64,000 nucleotides of DNA. It comes from an uncultured bacterium. Its GTDB lineage: Bacteria > Pseudomonadota > Alphaproteobacteria > UBA8366 > JADFVY01. The stretch covers positions 927 to 64,926 of the forward strand of contig CBFDDT010000004.1 of the NCBI GenBank assembly GCA_965603635.1, given 5' to 3'. Each line of letters begins with the position of its first letter. The first letter of the stretch is position 1. Below, piece after piece: positions 1 to 8,574 of this stretch. Below the pieces are notes generated by a model. That model did not search any database, was not told the DNA's origin, and was given only the letters and a program-made list of their open reading frames with translations. Both the position numbers and the translations under genes were made by a program.

Positions 1-2
1 CC

Positions 3-152
3 GATGTCGTGGTCGCCGGAACGCCCATCGATCTGGCCCGTATCGTTAAAACCGCCAAGCCGATCGTGCGCGCCCGCTATGCCTATGCGGATGCCGGCGA
101 ACCGACGCTCAGCAGCCTTGTTGAGGCGTTCCTGAAAGATCGGGGGTTATAA
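3..152 (+). CDS. 3' end (partial) of COG2403 GTPase-like / cyclic 2,3-diphosphoglycerate synthetase family protein; arginine synthetase candidate
   Basis: Frame 3 reads DVVVAGTPIDLARIVKTAKPIVRARYAYADAGEPTLSSLVEAFLKDRGL*, resembling the C-terminal 'TPIDL..K.P.VR.RY' segment of this family; its TAA overlaps the carbamate kinase ATG (TAATG at 150-154). Only 49 residues visible. Confidence 0.6.
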   Translation, partial: DVVVAGTPIDLARIVKTAKPIVRARYAYADAGEPTLSSLVEAFLKDRGL

Positions 153-1039
153 TGCTGGTGGTCGCGGCACTTGGCGGGAATGCGTTGTTGCGGCGCGGCG
201 AGCCGCCGGAAACCACGCGGCAAATCGCGAACATTCGCACCGCCGCGCGGGCGCTGGCGGAAATAGCACGAGAGCATGCGCTAGTCGTCACCCATGGCAA
301 CGGCCCCCAAGTCGGGCTGTTGGCCCTGCGGTCCGGCGATCCGCTATACATGCTGAGCGCCGAGACCGAGGGCATGATCGGCTACATGATCGAAACCGCG
401 CTGCGGAACGAGTTGCCGGGCCGCGACGTCGCCGGGCTGCTGACGCAGATCGCGGTCGATCCGGACGACCCCGCCTTCGCCGCGCCCGGCAAGCCGATCG
501 GCCCGGTCTATGAAGAGGCCGAGGCAAAGCGGCTGGCCGGCGAACACGGTTGGACAATCGCCCCGGACGGCGACGGCTTTCGGCATGTCGTGCCCTCGCC
601 ACGCCCGCTACGCATTCTTGAGATCGAAACGATCAGGCTGTTGGTGCGAAGCGGCGTCCTGGTGATCTGCGCCGGCGGTGGCGGCGTTCCGGTGGTCGCC
701 GGCGAGGCTGGATGGCGTGGGGTCGAGGCCGTCATCGACAAGGACCACGCCAGCGCCCTGCTGGCCCGGGAACTGGATGCCGACGCATTACTCATGCTGA
801 CCGATGTGGATGCGGTCTATGCCGACTGGGACGGCGCAAAGGCCTCCCCATTGGGGGCGGTGAGCACGGATGATCTGCATAAACACGACTTCGCGCCGGG
901 TTCAATGCGGCCGAAAGTCGAAGCCGCCATTGATTTCGCCGAGGCCACCGGGCGGATGGCCGGTATCGGCAGGCTGCAGGACGCCGCCGCCATCCTGCGC
1001 GGCGAGGCGGGAACGAGAATCGCGGGAAGCCCTGGATGA
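152..1039 (+). CDS. arcC: Carbamate kinase
   Basis: Motifs ALGGNAL, THGNGPQVG, KPIGP, ICAGGGGVPV, GVEAVIDKD, LTDVDAVY, GSMRPKVEAA. Confidence 0.95.
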   Translation: MLVVAALGGNALLRRGEPPETTRQIANIRTAARALAEIAREHALVVTHGNGPQVGLLALRSGDPLYMLSAETEGMIGYMIETALRNELPGRDVAGLLTQIAVDPDDPAFAAPGKPIGPVYEEAEAKRLAGEHGWTIAPDGDGFRHVVPSPRPLRILEIETIRLLVRSGVLVICAGGGGVPVVAGEAGWRGVEAVIDKDHASALLARELDADALLMLTDVDAVYADWDGAKASPLGAVSTDDLHKHDFAPGSMRPKVEAAIDFAEATGRMAGIGRLQDAAAILRGEAGTRIAGSPG

Positions 1040-1068
1040 AAGGCGGAAACTACAGCGGCCAACGAAAA

Positions 1069-1094
1069 CCGGCGGCAAATGGTCTTGCCGCCGG
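1069..1094. terminator. Hairpin downstream of arcC
   Basis: CCGGCGGCAA-N6-TTGCCGCCGG perfect 10-bp stem between convergent genes. Confidence 0.6.
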
Positions 1095-1126
1095 CTTCCT
1101 CGGTGTTATACGGACAGGCTTTCCGC

Positions 1127-1267
1127 CTAGAGCATCATCCGATCAATTGGAATCGCTTATGCGATTCAATTAATCGGATAAAGATGCTCTATCTTCTTAA
1201 AATGGCGAGCAATTTTATCCGTTCGGATTGAACCGAACCGGTTCGATCCGATCGGAAATTGCTCTAG
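1127..1267. repeat. CTAG-bounded two-palindrome intergenic repeat (CIR/RIME/Bru-RS-like MITE), copy 1
   Basis: Starts CTAGAGCATCATCCGATC, ends GATCGGAAATTGCTCTAG; two internal inverted repeats joined by an AT-rich linker; close match at 30099-30210; right CTAG supplies the TAG stop of the SBP gene. Confidence 0.85.
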
Positions 1268-2868
1268 TTGAACCACCAGCGCTCGTGGCTTTTGTTACCG
1301 TCGTTTTCCCAGTTGGCCGCAACTTTCTCGTCATGGCCGACCTTCTTATTGAGGCCCATGATGTGGTTGGCGAACATTGCCACGACGGCGCCGCCATCGT
1401 CGCTGATAAGCCGCTGGCATTCGGCGTACATCGACCGGCGCTTGGATTCATCAAGTTCCGCACGGGCCTCCCGAACGATCCCGTTGAACTTCTTGGCGGC
1501 GTCGGTTGTCTTCCACGCCGTGTCGTTCCACTCCGTATCGTCGGTATAGGCGGACTTGAACATCCAGTCCTCGGTCGGGCGGCCGCCCCAGTAGCAAACG
1601 CACCAGGGTTTCTTGTTCCAGACGTTGGACCAGTAACCGTCCTTGGGCTCGCGGACGACCTCGACATTGATTCCGGCCTCGGCCGCAGAGGCCGCGAGCA
1701 ACTGCGCCGCGTCGACCGCGCCGGCGAAGGCCGCATCGGACGCCGAGAGCTGGATCGGCCCGCTGTGGCCCGATTTCTTGTAATGATGCTTCGCCTTGTC
1801 CGGATCGAACTCGCGTTGCGGCAGGTCCGAGGCATGGTAGGGGTTGGCGGTCGAGATCGGATGGTCGTTGCCCATCGCGCCGTGGCCAAGCAGGATCTTG
1901 TCCAGCATTTCCTGGCGTTTGAGCGACAGTTTCAGCGCCATGCGGAGATCGTAATTGTCGAACGGCGCGGCATTGACCCGCATCGGGAACGTGTAGTGAA
2001 GAGTGCCTGTCTTTTCCAGGATATCGAGGGTGGGCACGCGGGCCAGCAGGGCGACCGTCTTCGGATCGACCCGGTTCGCCACGTCGATATCGCCGTTCAT
2101 GATGGCGCTCTGCCGCGCGGCGGTATCCAGCAGGGCAAGGTTTTCGATCGAATCGAAATGGGCCCGGCCGGCCTTGAAATAGTTCGGATTGCGGGTCGCT
2201 TGCAGGCGCACACCCGGCTCGAAATTGTCGATCACGTAGGGGCCGGTGCCAATGCCGGACGTTACGTCAATCACCTCGCCGTCCTTTTCAGGCATAATGA
2301 CGAGGTGATAGTCGCTGACGATATAGGGGAAGCCCGCATCGGCGGCATTGAGCTCGAAGACCACCGTATTGTCGCCATCCTTGCGAATGTCACTGACCGA
2401 GGTCAGAAGCCCCTTGGCGGCCGACTTGGAATCCTCACCGCGATGATGGTTGAAGGATGCGATGACGTCTTCCGGCGTGAGGGACTTGCCATTGTGATGT
2501 TGGACGCCCTTGCGCAGCTTGAAAATCCATGTCTTGGCGTCCGGCGATTCATAGCTTTCCGCCAATTCCGCAACCAGCGTGCCATCATTGTCGATTTCCG
2601 TCAGGTTGTTGCCGTAGACGAAATTCGTGGCCGTCATGAAGCCGTTTTCCGCGGTCGACGGATCCAGCGAGTCAGTGGTCGAACCATGGCCGTAGCCTTG
2701 GCGCAGCGTGCCGCCCTTGTTCGGTGTCGCGGCCATGACCGCACCCGCCATCGACATGGCCGTCGGCAGGGTAACACCCGCCGCAATAACCGATGTAATA
2801 AATTGGCGGCGGTCGATTCTCCCCGACGCCAGGCCAAGTTTCTGGTCGTTGATAAATTTCTTGCGCAT
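1264..2868 (-). CDS. ABC transporter substrate-binding protein, family 5 (DppA/OppA-like), Tat-exported
   Basis: Tat motif DRRQFI; family-5 motifs AELAESYE, WIFKLRKGV.HHNG, IGTGPY; GGAG RBS upstream. Confidence 0.93.
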   Translation of the reverse strand: MRKKFINDQKLGLASGRIDRRQFITSVIAAGVTLPTAMSMAGAVMAATPNKGGTLRQGYGHGSTTDSLDPSTAENGFMTATNFVYGNNLTEIDNDGTLVAELAESYESPDAKTWIFKLRKGVQHHNGKSLTPEDVIASFNHHRGEDSKSAAKGLLTSVSDIRKDGDNTVVFELNAADAGFPYIVSDYHLVIMPEKDGEVIDVTSGIGTGPYVIDNFEPGVRLQATRNPNYFKAGRAHFDSIENLALLDTAARQSAIMNGDIDVANRVDPKTVALLARVPTLDILEKTGTLHYTFPMRVNAAPFDNYDLRMALKLSLKRQEMLDKILLGHGAMGNDHPISTANPYHASDLPQREFDPDKAKHHYKKSGHSGPIQLSASDAAFAGAVDAAQLLAASAAEAGINVEVVREPKDGYWSNVWNKKPWCVCYWGGRPTEDWMFKSAYTDDTEWNDTAWKTTDAAKKFNGIVREARAELDESKRRSMYAECQRLISDDGGAVVAMFANHIMGLNKKVGHDEKVAANWENDGNKSHERWWFN

Positions 2869-2909
2869 GGGATTTTGCTCCTTTGTTTGCCTATCCTGTT
2901 TTCTCGCTT

Positions 2910-2965
2910 CTTTTCACACCGCTCGGCGATCAAGTCTCTTTTCACTCTGCTCGACGATCAAGTCT
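2910..2965. repeat. Tandem 28-bp direct repeat (2 copies) in the 5' region of the SBP gene
   Basis: CTTTTCACACCGCTCGGCGATCAAGTCT then CTTTTCACTCTGCTCGACGATCAAGTCT; 25 of 28 positions identical by direct comparison. Confidence 0.85.
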
Positions 2966-3309
2966 TAACCGAGGGCGATATGAATTTAACTCACGGACAT
3001 CAGGGCATATTTAGGCACTATGATCAAGTGCCAAACAAATAACTTTGTGATGAAACGCCAGATTATCATTCGTTAATTGACCCTGTTCAGATTCGCTCAA
3101 TACAAAAGGGTTAGCGGACAATTCTTGTCTGTCGGCGCCGAGTTTATAACCAACAGGTTTCCACGAGTTACTTTACAGCGCATCTCCCGTTGGCTATCGT
3201 TTCGATCGGTAAATCGTCGGCTTAATGCCCGGCGTGGGCGCGGCCAGGCCGCGCCGCCACACGGTTCAAGCGGTTGGGAGGCCTGTCTTGAACAGGGGGA
3301 GGAGATAGC

Positions 3310-4290
3310 GTGCATCCTATCGTTTCCACAGTGATTCAACGGCTCGGCCTGGGCCTGATGACGCTGTTCCTGGTGTCGATCATCATTTTCAGTTCCATCG
3401 AGTTACTCCCGGGCGATTTCGGCGAGGCCGTTCTGGGACAGGCGGCGACCGAGGAAACCGTCGCCGCCTTCCGCAAGGAACTGGGGCTCGATAAACCTGC
3501 CTATTTCCGCTACATCGAATGGGTCGGCGGGGTCCTGACCGGAGATTTCGGCACCTCGTTCTCGGGGCGGGCGGCTTCCGGCGTCGACCGATCCAGGGCA
3601 GTCGTCGATCTGGTTGCACCGCGGCTATGGAACACGCTGTTCCTCGCCGGGCTGACGGCCATCATCGCTGTTCCCCTGGCGCTTTTGCTGGGCGTAACGG
3701 CCGCCCTTTACCGCAATTCCCTCTACGATCGCATCGTCAATGCAACGACCCTGTCGACGATTTCCTTCCCGGAATTCTTCGTCGCCTATTTATTGATCCT
3801 GTTCCTCGCCTCGCTCTATCAGGTCTTCCCGTCGCTCGCCAATATCACCGAACAGATGTCGCTCGGCGAACGGATGTACCGCTCGGCCTTGCCGGCGATG
3901 ACGCTGACGCTGGTCATCGTCGCCCATATGATGCGCCAAACGCGGGCCAACATCATCAACCTGCTGGCCAGCCCCTATATCGAGATGGCCCGGCTGAAGG
4001 GCCTGTCGAAAAGCAAGGTGATCACGCATCACGCGCTGCCCAACGCCTGGGCGCCGATCGCCACCGTAATCGCCTTTAACCTTGCCTATCTCGTCGTCGG
4101 CGTAGTGGTCGTCGAGGTGGTATTCGTCTATCCCGGCATCGGGCAGCTCATGGTTGACGCGGTGACCAGCCGAGACATTCCCGTCGTACAGGCCTGCGCG
4201 CTGATCTTCGCGGCGACTTACATCATCCTGAACCTGACCGCCGATATCATTTCAATCGTCACCAACCCGAAGCTGTTGCATGCGAGATGA
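3310..4290 (+). CDS. Peptide/nickel-family ABC transporter permease (DppB-like)
   Basis: GTG start after GGAGGAG; LGLDKP..RY..W, GDFGTS, EAA-loop region YIEMARLKGLS, HALPNA. Confidence 0.93.
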   Translation: MHPIVSTVIQRLGLGLMTLFLVSIIIFSSIELLPGDFGEAVLGQAATEETVAAFRKELGLDKPAYFRYIEWVGGVLTGDFGTSFSGRAASGVDRSRAVVDLVAPRLWNTLFLAGLTAIIAVPLALLLGVTAALYRNSLYDRIVNATTLSTISFPEFFVAYLLILFLASLYQVFPSLANITEQMSLGERMYRSALPAMTLTLVIVAHMMRQTRANIINLLASPYIEMARLKGLSKSKVITHHALPNAWAPIATVIAFNLAYLVVGVVVVEVVFVYPGIGQLMVDAVTSRDIPVVQACALIFAATYIILNLTADIISIVTNPKLLHAR

Positions 4291-5207
4291 CTGAATCCGA
4301 GCAAACCTATTCGGCTGCTACCGAGGTCGGCCAGGTTCGCGCCCGCCGCACACTCATGGAGCGCCTTCGCATCGGGGCCCGGAATGTCCCGTGGTCCGCC
4401 TGGTTCGGGATGGTCGTCATCGCGATCTACGGAATATTCGCCATCTTTGCGCCCTGGATTGCACCCTACGGCGAGGCTCAGGTCTTTCCCGCGCCCTACG
4501 CGCCATGGGGAGGCGATCATATGTTCGGAACCGACCAGATCGGCCGCGATATCCTGACGCGCCTGATCTTCGGCGCCCGGAACACCATCGGCATCGCGTT
4601 GGCGGCAACGCTCCTTTCTTTCGCCATCGGCGGCGGCCTGGGGTTGATGGCGGCGATCAGCCGCGGCTGGACCGATCAGATCATGAGCCGTCTGGTCGAC
4701 GTCCTGATGGCCATTCCCAGCCTGATTTTCGCCCTGATGCTGCTGTCGATTTTCGGGTCCTCGTGGCTCAGCCTGACCGTCATCATCGCGGTGCTGGATT
4801 CGACACGTGTCTTCCGCCTGACCCGGGCCGTGGCGCTGAACGTCGTCGTCATGGACTATGTCGAGGCGGCGCGTTTGCGCGGCGAGAAACTGGGCTGGGT
4901 GATGCGCAAGGAAATCCTGCCCAACATCATGCCGCCGCTGGTGGCCGAGTTCGGACTTCGGTTCTGTTTCGTTTTCCTGACCATCGCCGCGCTCTCGTTC
5001 CTGGGCGTCGGCATTCAGCCCCCGACTGCGGATTGGGGGTCCATGGTGCGCGAAAACGCGTCGCTGATCCAGTTCGCGCAGTACGATTTGGCGGCGGCGA
5101 TCACGCCGCTTCTGCCGGCGGGCGCCATCGCGCTCTTGACTGTGGCCGTGAATTTCGTCGTCGACTGGTTCCTCCACAAGACAAGCGGACTGAAAGATGA
5201 GCACTGA
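4287..5207 (+). CDS. Peptide/nickel-family ABC transporter permease (DppC-like)
   Basis: FGTDQIGRDILTRLIFGAR, DYVEAARLRGE, EILPN, LSFLGVG.QPPTADWG; ATGA overlap with upstream gene. Confidence 0.93.
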   Translation: MTESEQTYSAATEVGQVRARRTLMERLRIGARNVPWSAWFGMVVIAIYGIFAIFAPWIAPYGEAQVFPAPYAPWGGDHMFGTDQIGRDILTRLIFGARNTIGIALAATLLSFAIGGGLGLMAAISRGWTDQIMSRLVDVLMAIPSLIFALMLLSIFGSSWLSLTVIIAVLDSTRVFRLTRAVALNVVVMDYVEAARLRGEKLGWVMRKEILPNIMPPLVAEFGLRFCFVFLTIAALSFLGVGIQPPTADWGSMVRENASLIQFAQYDLAAAITPLLPAGAIALLTVAVNFVVDWFLHKTSGLKDEH

Positions 5208-6840
5208 GGAAAGCACGGGCGCCAAGGGCGATGTTCTGCTTGAGATGCGTGACATCGTTATCGACGGGTTCAGCGACGAGAGATGGCACGAGATCGTCAA
5301 GGGTGTGAACCTGACGCTGAGACGCGGTGAGATCATGGGCCTGATCGGCGAGTCCGGCGCCGGCAAGTCGACCCTGGGCCTGGCGGCGATGGGTTTCGCG
5401 CGGCCGGGCTGCCGGTTGACCAGCGGTTCGATCCATTTCGATGGCATGGACTTGATGATCGCATCCGAGGAGGAAAAACGCAGGCTCTGGGGGTCCCGGA
5501 TCGCCTACGTGGCACAATCGGCGGCGGCGGCGTTCAACCCGGCTCATCGCCTGATCGACCAGACGGTCGAGGCGACCGTCAACCGGAATATCCGTCCGAA
5601 GGCCGAAGCGAAAAAGGACGCTCGTGAGCTTTACAGGGCGCTGCAGCTTCCCGAGCCCGATACCATCGGCGCCCGGTATCCGCACCAGGTTTCCGGCGGC
5701 CAGCTGCAACGCATCATGACGGCAATGGCGATGTCGCCTCGCCCCGACCTGATCATCTTCGACGAGCCGACCACGGCGCTGGATGTCACGACCCAGGTCG
5801 AGGTGCTGATGGCCATGCGCGACATCGTCGAACGATTTCACACGGCGGCGATCTACATCACCCATGACCTTGCCGTCGTTGCCCAAATGGCGGATTTCAT
5901 CAAAGTGCTGCGCTTCGGCGAGGAAGTCGAAGAGGCGCCGACCCGCAAGATGCTGACGGAACCGGAAATGCCCTACACGAAATCGCTTTGGTCCGTCAGG
6001 GCGCTGGCCAAGCCCGAAAAGACCAGCGAGGACATCGTTTTGAGCGTCGACGGCGTGGATGCGAGTTACGGCAGCCAGGCCCAGGTTCTATTCGACGTCG
6101 ACATCAATCTTCCGCGTGGCAGAACGGTGGCGGTCGTCGGCGAATCCGGTTCCGGAAAATCGACGACGGCGCGCGTCATCACCGGCCTGCTGCCCCCTTC
6201 AAAGGGCCAGGTCGTGTTCAATGGAGAACCGCTACCCAAAGCGCTGAAGAACCGGTCCATCGATCAGCTTCGGCGCATCCAGATGATTTATCAAATGGCC
6301 GATACGGCGATGAACCCCCGGCACACGGTGCGCGATATCATCGGCCGGCCGTTGGCATTCTATCACGGCTTGAAGCGACGGCAGTGCGACGCCCGCGTCG
6401 GCGAACTGCTGCAGATGATCGAACTGGACGAATCCTTCATTGACCGGCTGCCCGGCGAGCTTTCGGGCGGCCAGAAGCAGAGGATCTGCATAGCCCGGGC
6501 CCTGGCAGCCGAACCGGAGATCATCATTTGCGACGAGGTGACCTCGGCGCTGGACCAAATCGTCCAGGAGGGAATTCTGAAACTTCTGCTCCGCCTCCAG
6601 GAAGAGTTCAATATTTCCTACCTGTTCATCACCCACGACATCGCGACCGTGAAGGCGATTTCCGATGAAATCGTGGTGATGTTCCAGGGCAGGGTGGTCG
6701 AGCAGGGGTTGAAGGGCGAAATCCTGTCGCCGCCGCATCCGGAATACACCCAGTTGCTCTTGTCGTCGGTCCCGGAAATGGATCCGGACTGGCTGACCGA
6801 CCTGGTCAGGGAGCGCGAGCAAACGCAAAGTCCGGCCTGA
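5197..6840 (+). CDS. Fused two-domain ABC ATPase (DppD/DppF-like)
   Basis: Two Walker A motifs (GESGAGKS, GESGSGKS), signatures VSGGQ and LSGGQ, Walker B DEPTT and DEVTS. Confidence 0.95.
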   Translation: MSTEESTGAKGDVLLEMRDIVIDGFSDERWHEIVKGVNLTLRRGEIMGLIGESGAGKSTLGLAAMGFARPGCRLTSGSIHFDGMDLMIASEEEKRRLWGSRIAYVAQSAAAAFNPAHRLIDQTVEATVNRNIRPKAEAKKDARELYRALQLPEPDTIGARYPHQVSGGQLQRIMTAMAMSPRPDLIIFDEPTTALDVTTQVEVLMAMRDIVERFHTAAIYITHDLAVVAQMADFIKVLRFGEEVEEAPTRKMLTEPEMPYTKSLWSVRALAKPEKTSEDIVLSVDGVDASYGSQAQVLFDVDINLPRGRTVAVVGESGSGKSTTARVITGLLPPSKGQVVFNGEPLPKALKNRSIDQLRRIQMIYQMADTAMNPRHTVRDIIGRPLAFYHGLKRRQCDARVGELLQMIELDESFIDRLPGELSGGQKQRICIARALAAEPEIIICDEVTSALDQIVQEGILKLLLRLQEEFNISYLFITHDIATVKAISDEIVVMFQGRVVEQGLKGEILSPPHPEYTQLLLSSVPEMDPDWLTDLVREREQTQSPA

Positions 6841-6845
6841 TCCGT

Positions 6846-6868
6846 CCCGATCGGATTCCGCGATCGGG
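6846..6868. terminator. Hairpin between convergent ATPase and amidohydrolase genes
   Basis: CCCGATCG-N7-CGATCGGG followed by TTT. Confidence 0.5.
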
Positions 6869-6897
6869 TTTCCCGAAGCGGATAGGATTAGCCTCGC

Positions 6898-8472
6898 TCA
6901 ATCGGGCATGGCCGGAATCCACCACTCCTCTCCCCTTTCCGTGGTCACATATTCGGGCCAGCGGAAATGGATCGGCGGCTCGTGATCGCACAGCGGCGGT
7001 ATCCAGTTTTCGCCGCCGATTCCGCCGCCCGTGCGTTCCTCGAACTCGCGCCTGGCCGCGGCCAGCGCCCCGCCGTCGGTCAGCAGATCGACCACCGTCA
7101 GCCCGATTACCTTGGCCGCGCATAGCACCGTCGGGTCGATGGTCGCGGGGATGCCACCCAGGGCATTCATCGCCCAGGCGGGATAGCGGTAGTCCGGCGG
7201 ACCCTTCAGCATCGGCCGCCCGATATAGAGCCGCACCGTCGGCGCGTGCCAGCACATCTCGGTGTAATCGTCGGAGGTGGAGTTGCGTTGCGAGGGCGGC
7301 ATGTTCCGGCGGCGAATGCGCTCCGCCGCCTTCGGTTCAATCAGTTCCTCACAGACTTCCAGGAACGGTTTTTCCATGGGCTCCAGGCCGAGATTAACCT
7401 GAATTTGCCTCGCCACGGCAACCGCTTTGTCACCCAGCACCGGACCGCCGACCGCTATCAGGTTCCGGTAAGTGAGTTCGGCCATCGCATGGTTGGGCAG
7501 CCCCTCGCGCGATTTACAGACCCAGTGCCGCTCCCACCGGCAATGGGCGGCCCGCGCGGCGGCATCGGCGTTCTGGTCGAGCACCCGGAAGAGCTGTTCG
7601 GCCTGGCCATGGTCGGGGGTGCGGCAGAGATACTGGATCTGCGCCAACCCGGCCGGCAGATTGTCGGCTGTCGCCTGGCCCGCCGTCAGAATCGCCTCGC
7701 TGAGGCTCCAGCCGCCCTGGAAGGAAAGGCTTGAGGCCAGCTTCATCTTGGTCAGCGTGTACATGGTGACCAGCGCGTCGGTGGCGCCGGGCGCGCGTGG
7801 GGCGCTGTGGGCCTGGGGAATTGGCGAATCCGCCGGGGCGGCCAGCCAGTTTTCCGGTTCGTCGCAATGGAAACTGTAAACCGCCGCATAGGACGCGCCG
7901 CAATGGGTGTCCCACAACACCGTATTGGACATGGGCAGAATGTAGGCCGGGTGGAAGCTGATGAAGGCATCGATGCCGTCGTAATAGCCGCGCGCCGCGT
8001 GGATCGGCTTGGAGCCGCGCACCTTCTCGGCCGGCTCGCCGAAAAATTTCAACGTGCCCTTGATCCCGTGCGCCTCCATCGCCGCCTTGGCCGCCAGGAA
8101 GCCGCCCAGCGCCCCGATGCCCAGTGCGGAATGAGGGTCCGTATGCCCGCCGGCCTGGGGCGACAGGCCGGCGCGGGGCTCCTGGCGCGTGCTTGCGGCC
8201 TGGCAGTTGCCGGGCACCGCATCATATTCCGCATAGCCGCCGATCACCGGGCCGTCACCGGTGGAAAATGTGGCGGCGAAGGCGGTCGGCATGCCGCCGC
8301 TGCCCTCCTCCACCTCGAAGCCCTCGGCGCGCAGGCGCTCGACATACCAGGCGGCGGATTTGTATTCGCGCCAGGCGGTTTCGCCGTAATGCCATATCGT
8401 CGAGCACCAGTCGGAAAGATCGCCCGCATTCCCTTCCACCCACTCCAGGGCCGTATTTTTCTGCTCTTCCAT
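6898..8472 (-). CDS. M20-family amidohydrolase (AbgB-like)
   Basis: Likely start MEEQKNT at 8472 after GGAGGG; motifs IWHYGETAWREYKS, GMPTAF, AEYDAVPG, FFGEPAEK.RGSK, STSDD. The longer 906-aa ORF is an upstream antisense extension. Confidence 0.85.
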   Translation of the reverse strand: MEEQKNTALEWVEGNAGDLSDWCSTIWHYGETAWREYKSAAWYVERLRAEGFEVEEGSGGMPTAFAATFSTGDGPVIGGYAEYDAVPGNCQAASTRQEPRAGLSPQAGGHTDPHSALGIGALGGFLAAKAAMEAHGIKGTLKFFGEPAEKVRGSKPIHAARGYYDGIDAFISFHPAYILPMSNTVLWDTHCGASYAAVYSFHCDEPENWLAAPADSPIPQAHSAPRAPGATDALVTMYTLTKMKLASSLSFQGGWSLSEAILTAGQATADNLPAGLAQIQYLCRTPDHGQAEQLFRVLDQNADAAARAAHCRWERHWVCKSREGLPNHAMAELTYRNLIAVGGPVLGDKAVAVARQIQVNLGLEPMEKPFLEVCEELIEPKAAERIRRRNMPPSQRNSTSDDYTEMCWHAPTVRLYIGRPMLKGPPDYRYPAWAMNALGGIPATIDPTVLCAAKVIGLTVVDLLTDGGALAAARREFEERTGGGIGGENWIPPLCDHEPPIHFRWPEYVTTERGEEWWIPAMPD

Positions 8473-8574
8473 CTGCACCCTCCCTGTATTGAACCTGCAC
8501 CGAGGATACATCTTTTCGTGGCCGGGAAAACCGATTATCGTCTGGGCGGAAGGCTTGCTCAGGGGGATGGAGGA

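Noticed and set aside
2910-2965. Possible mini-CRISPR (28-bp repeat)
   Set aside because: Units are directly adjacent with no spacer, only two copies, and no cas genes.
3011-3035. Sigma54 promoter or NtrC box in the ABC intergenic region
   Set aside because: GGCAC is not followed by GC at the -12 spacing on either strand, and the palindrome spacing differs from the NtrC consensus.
1228-3042. 604-aa plus-strand ORF
   Set aside because: Antisense shadow of the SBP gene; no motifs; expected in high-GC coding DNA.
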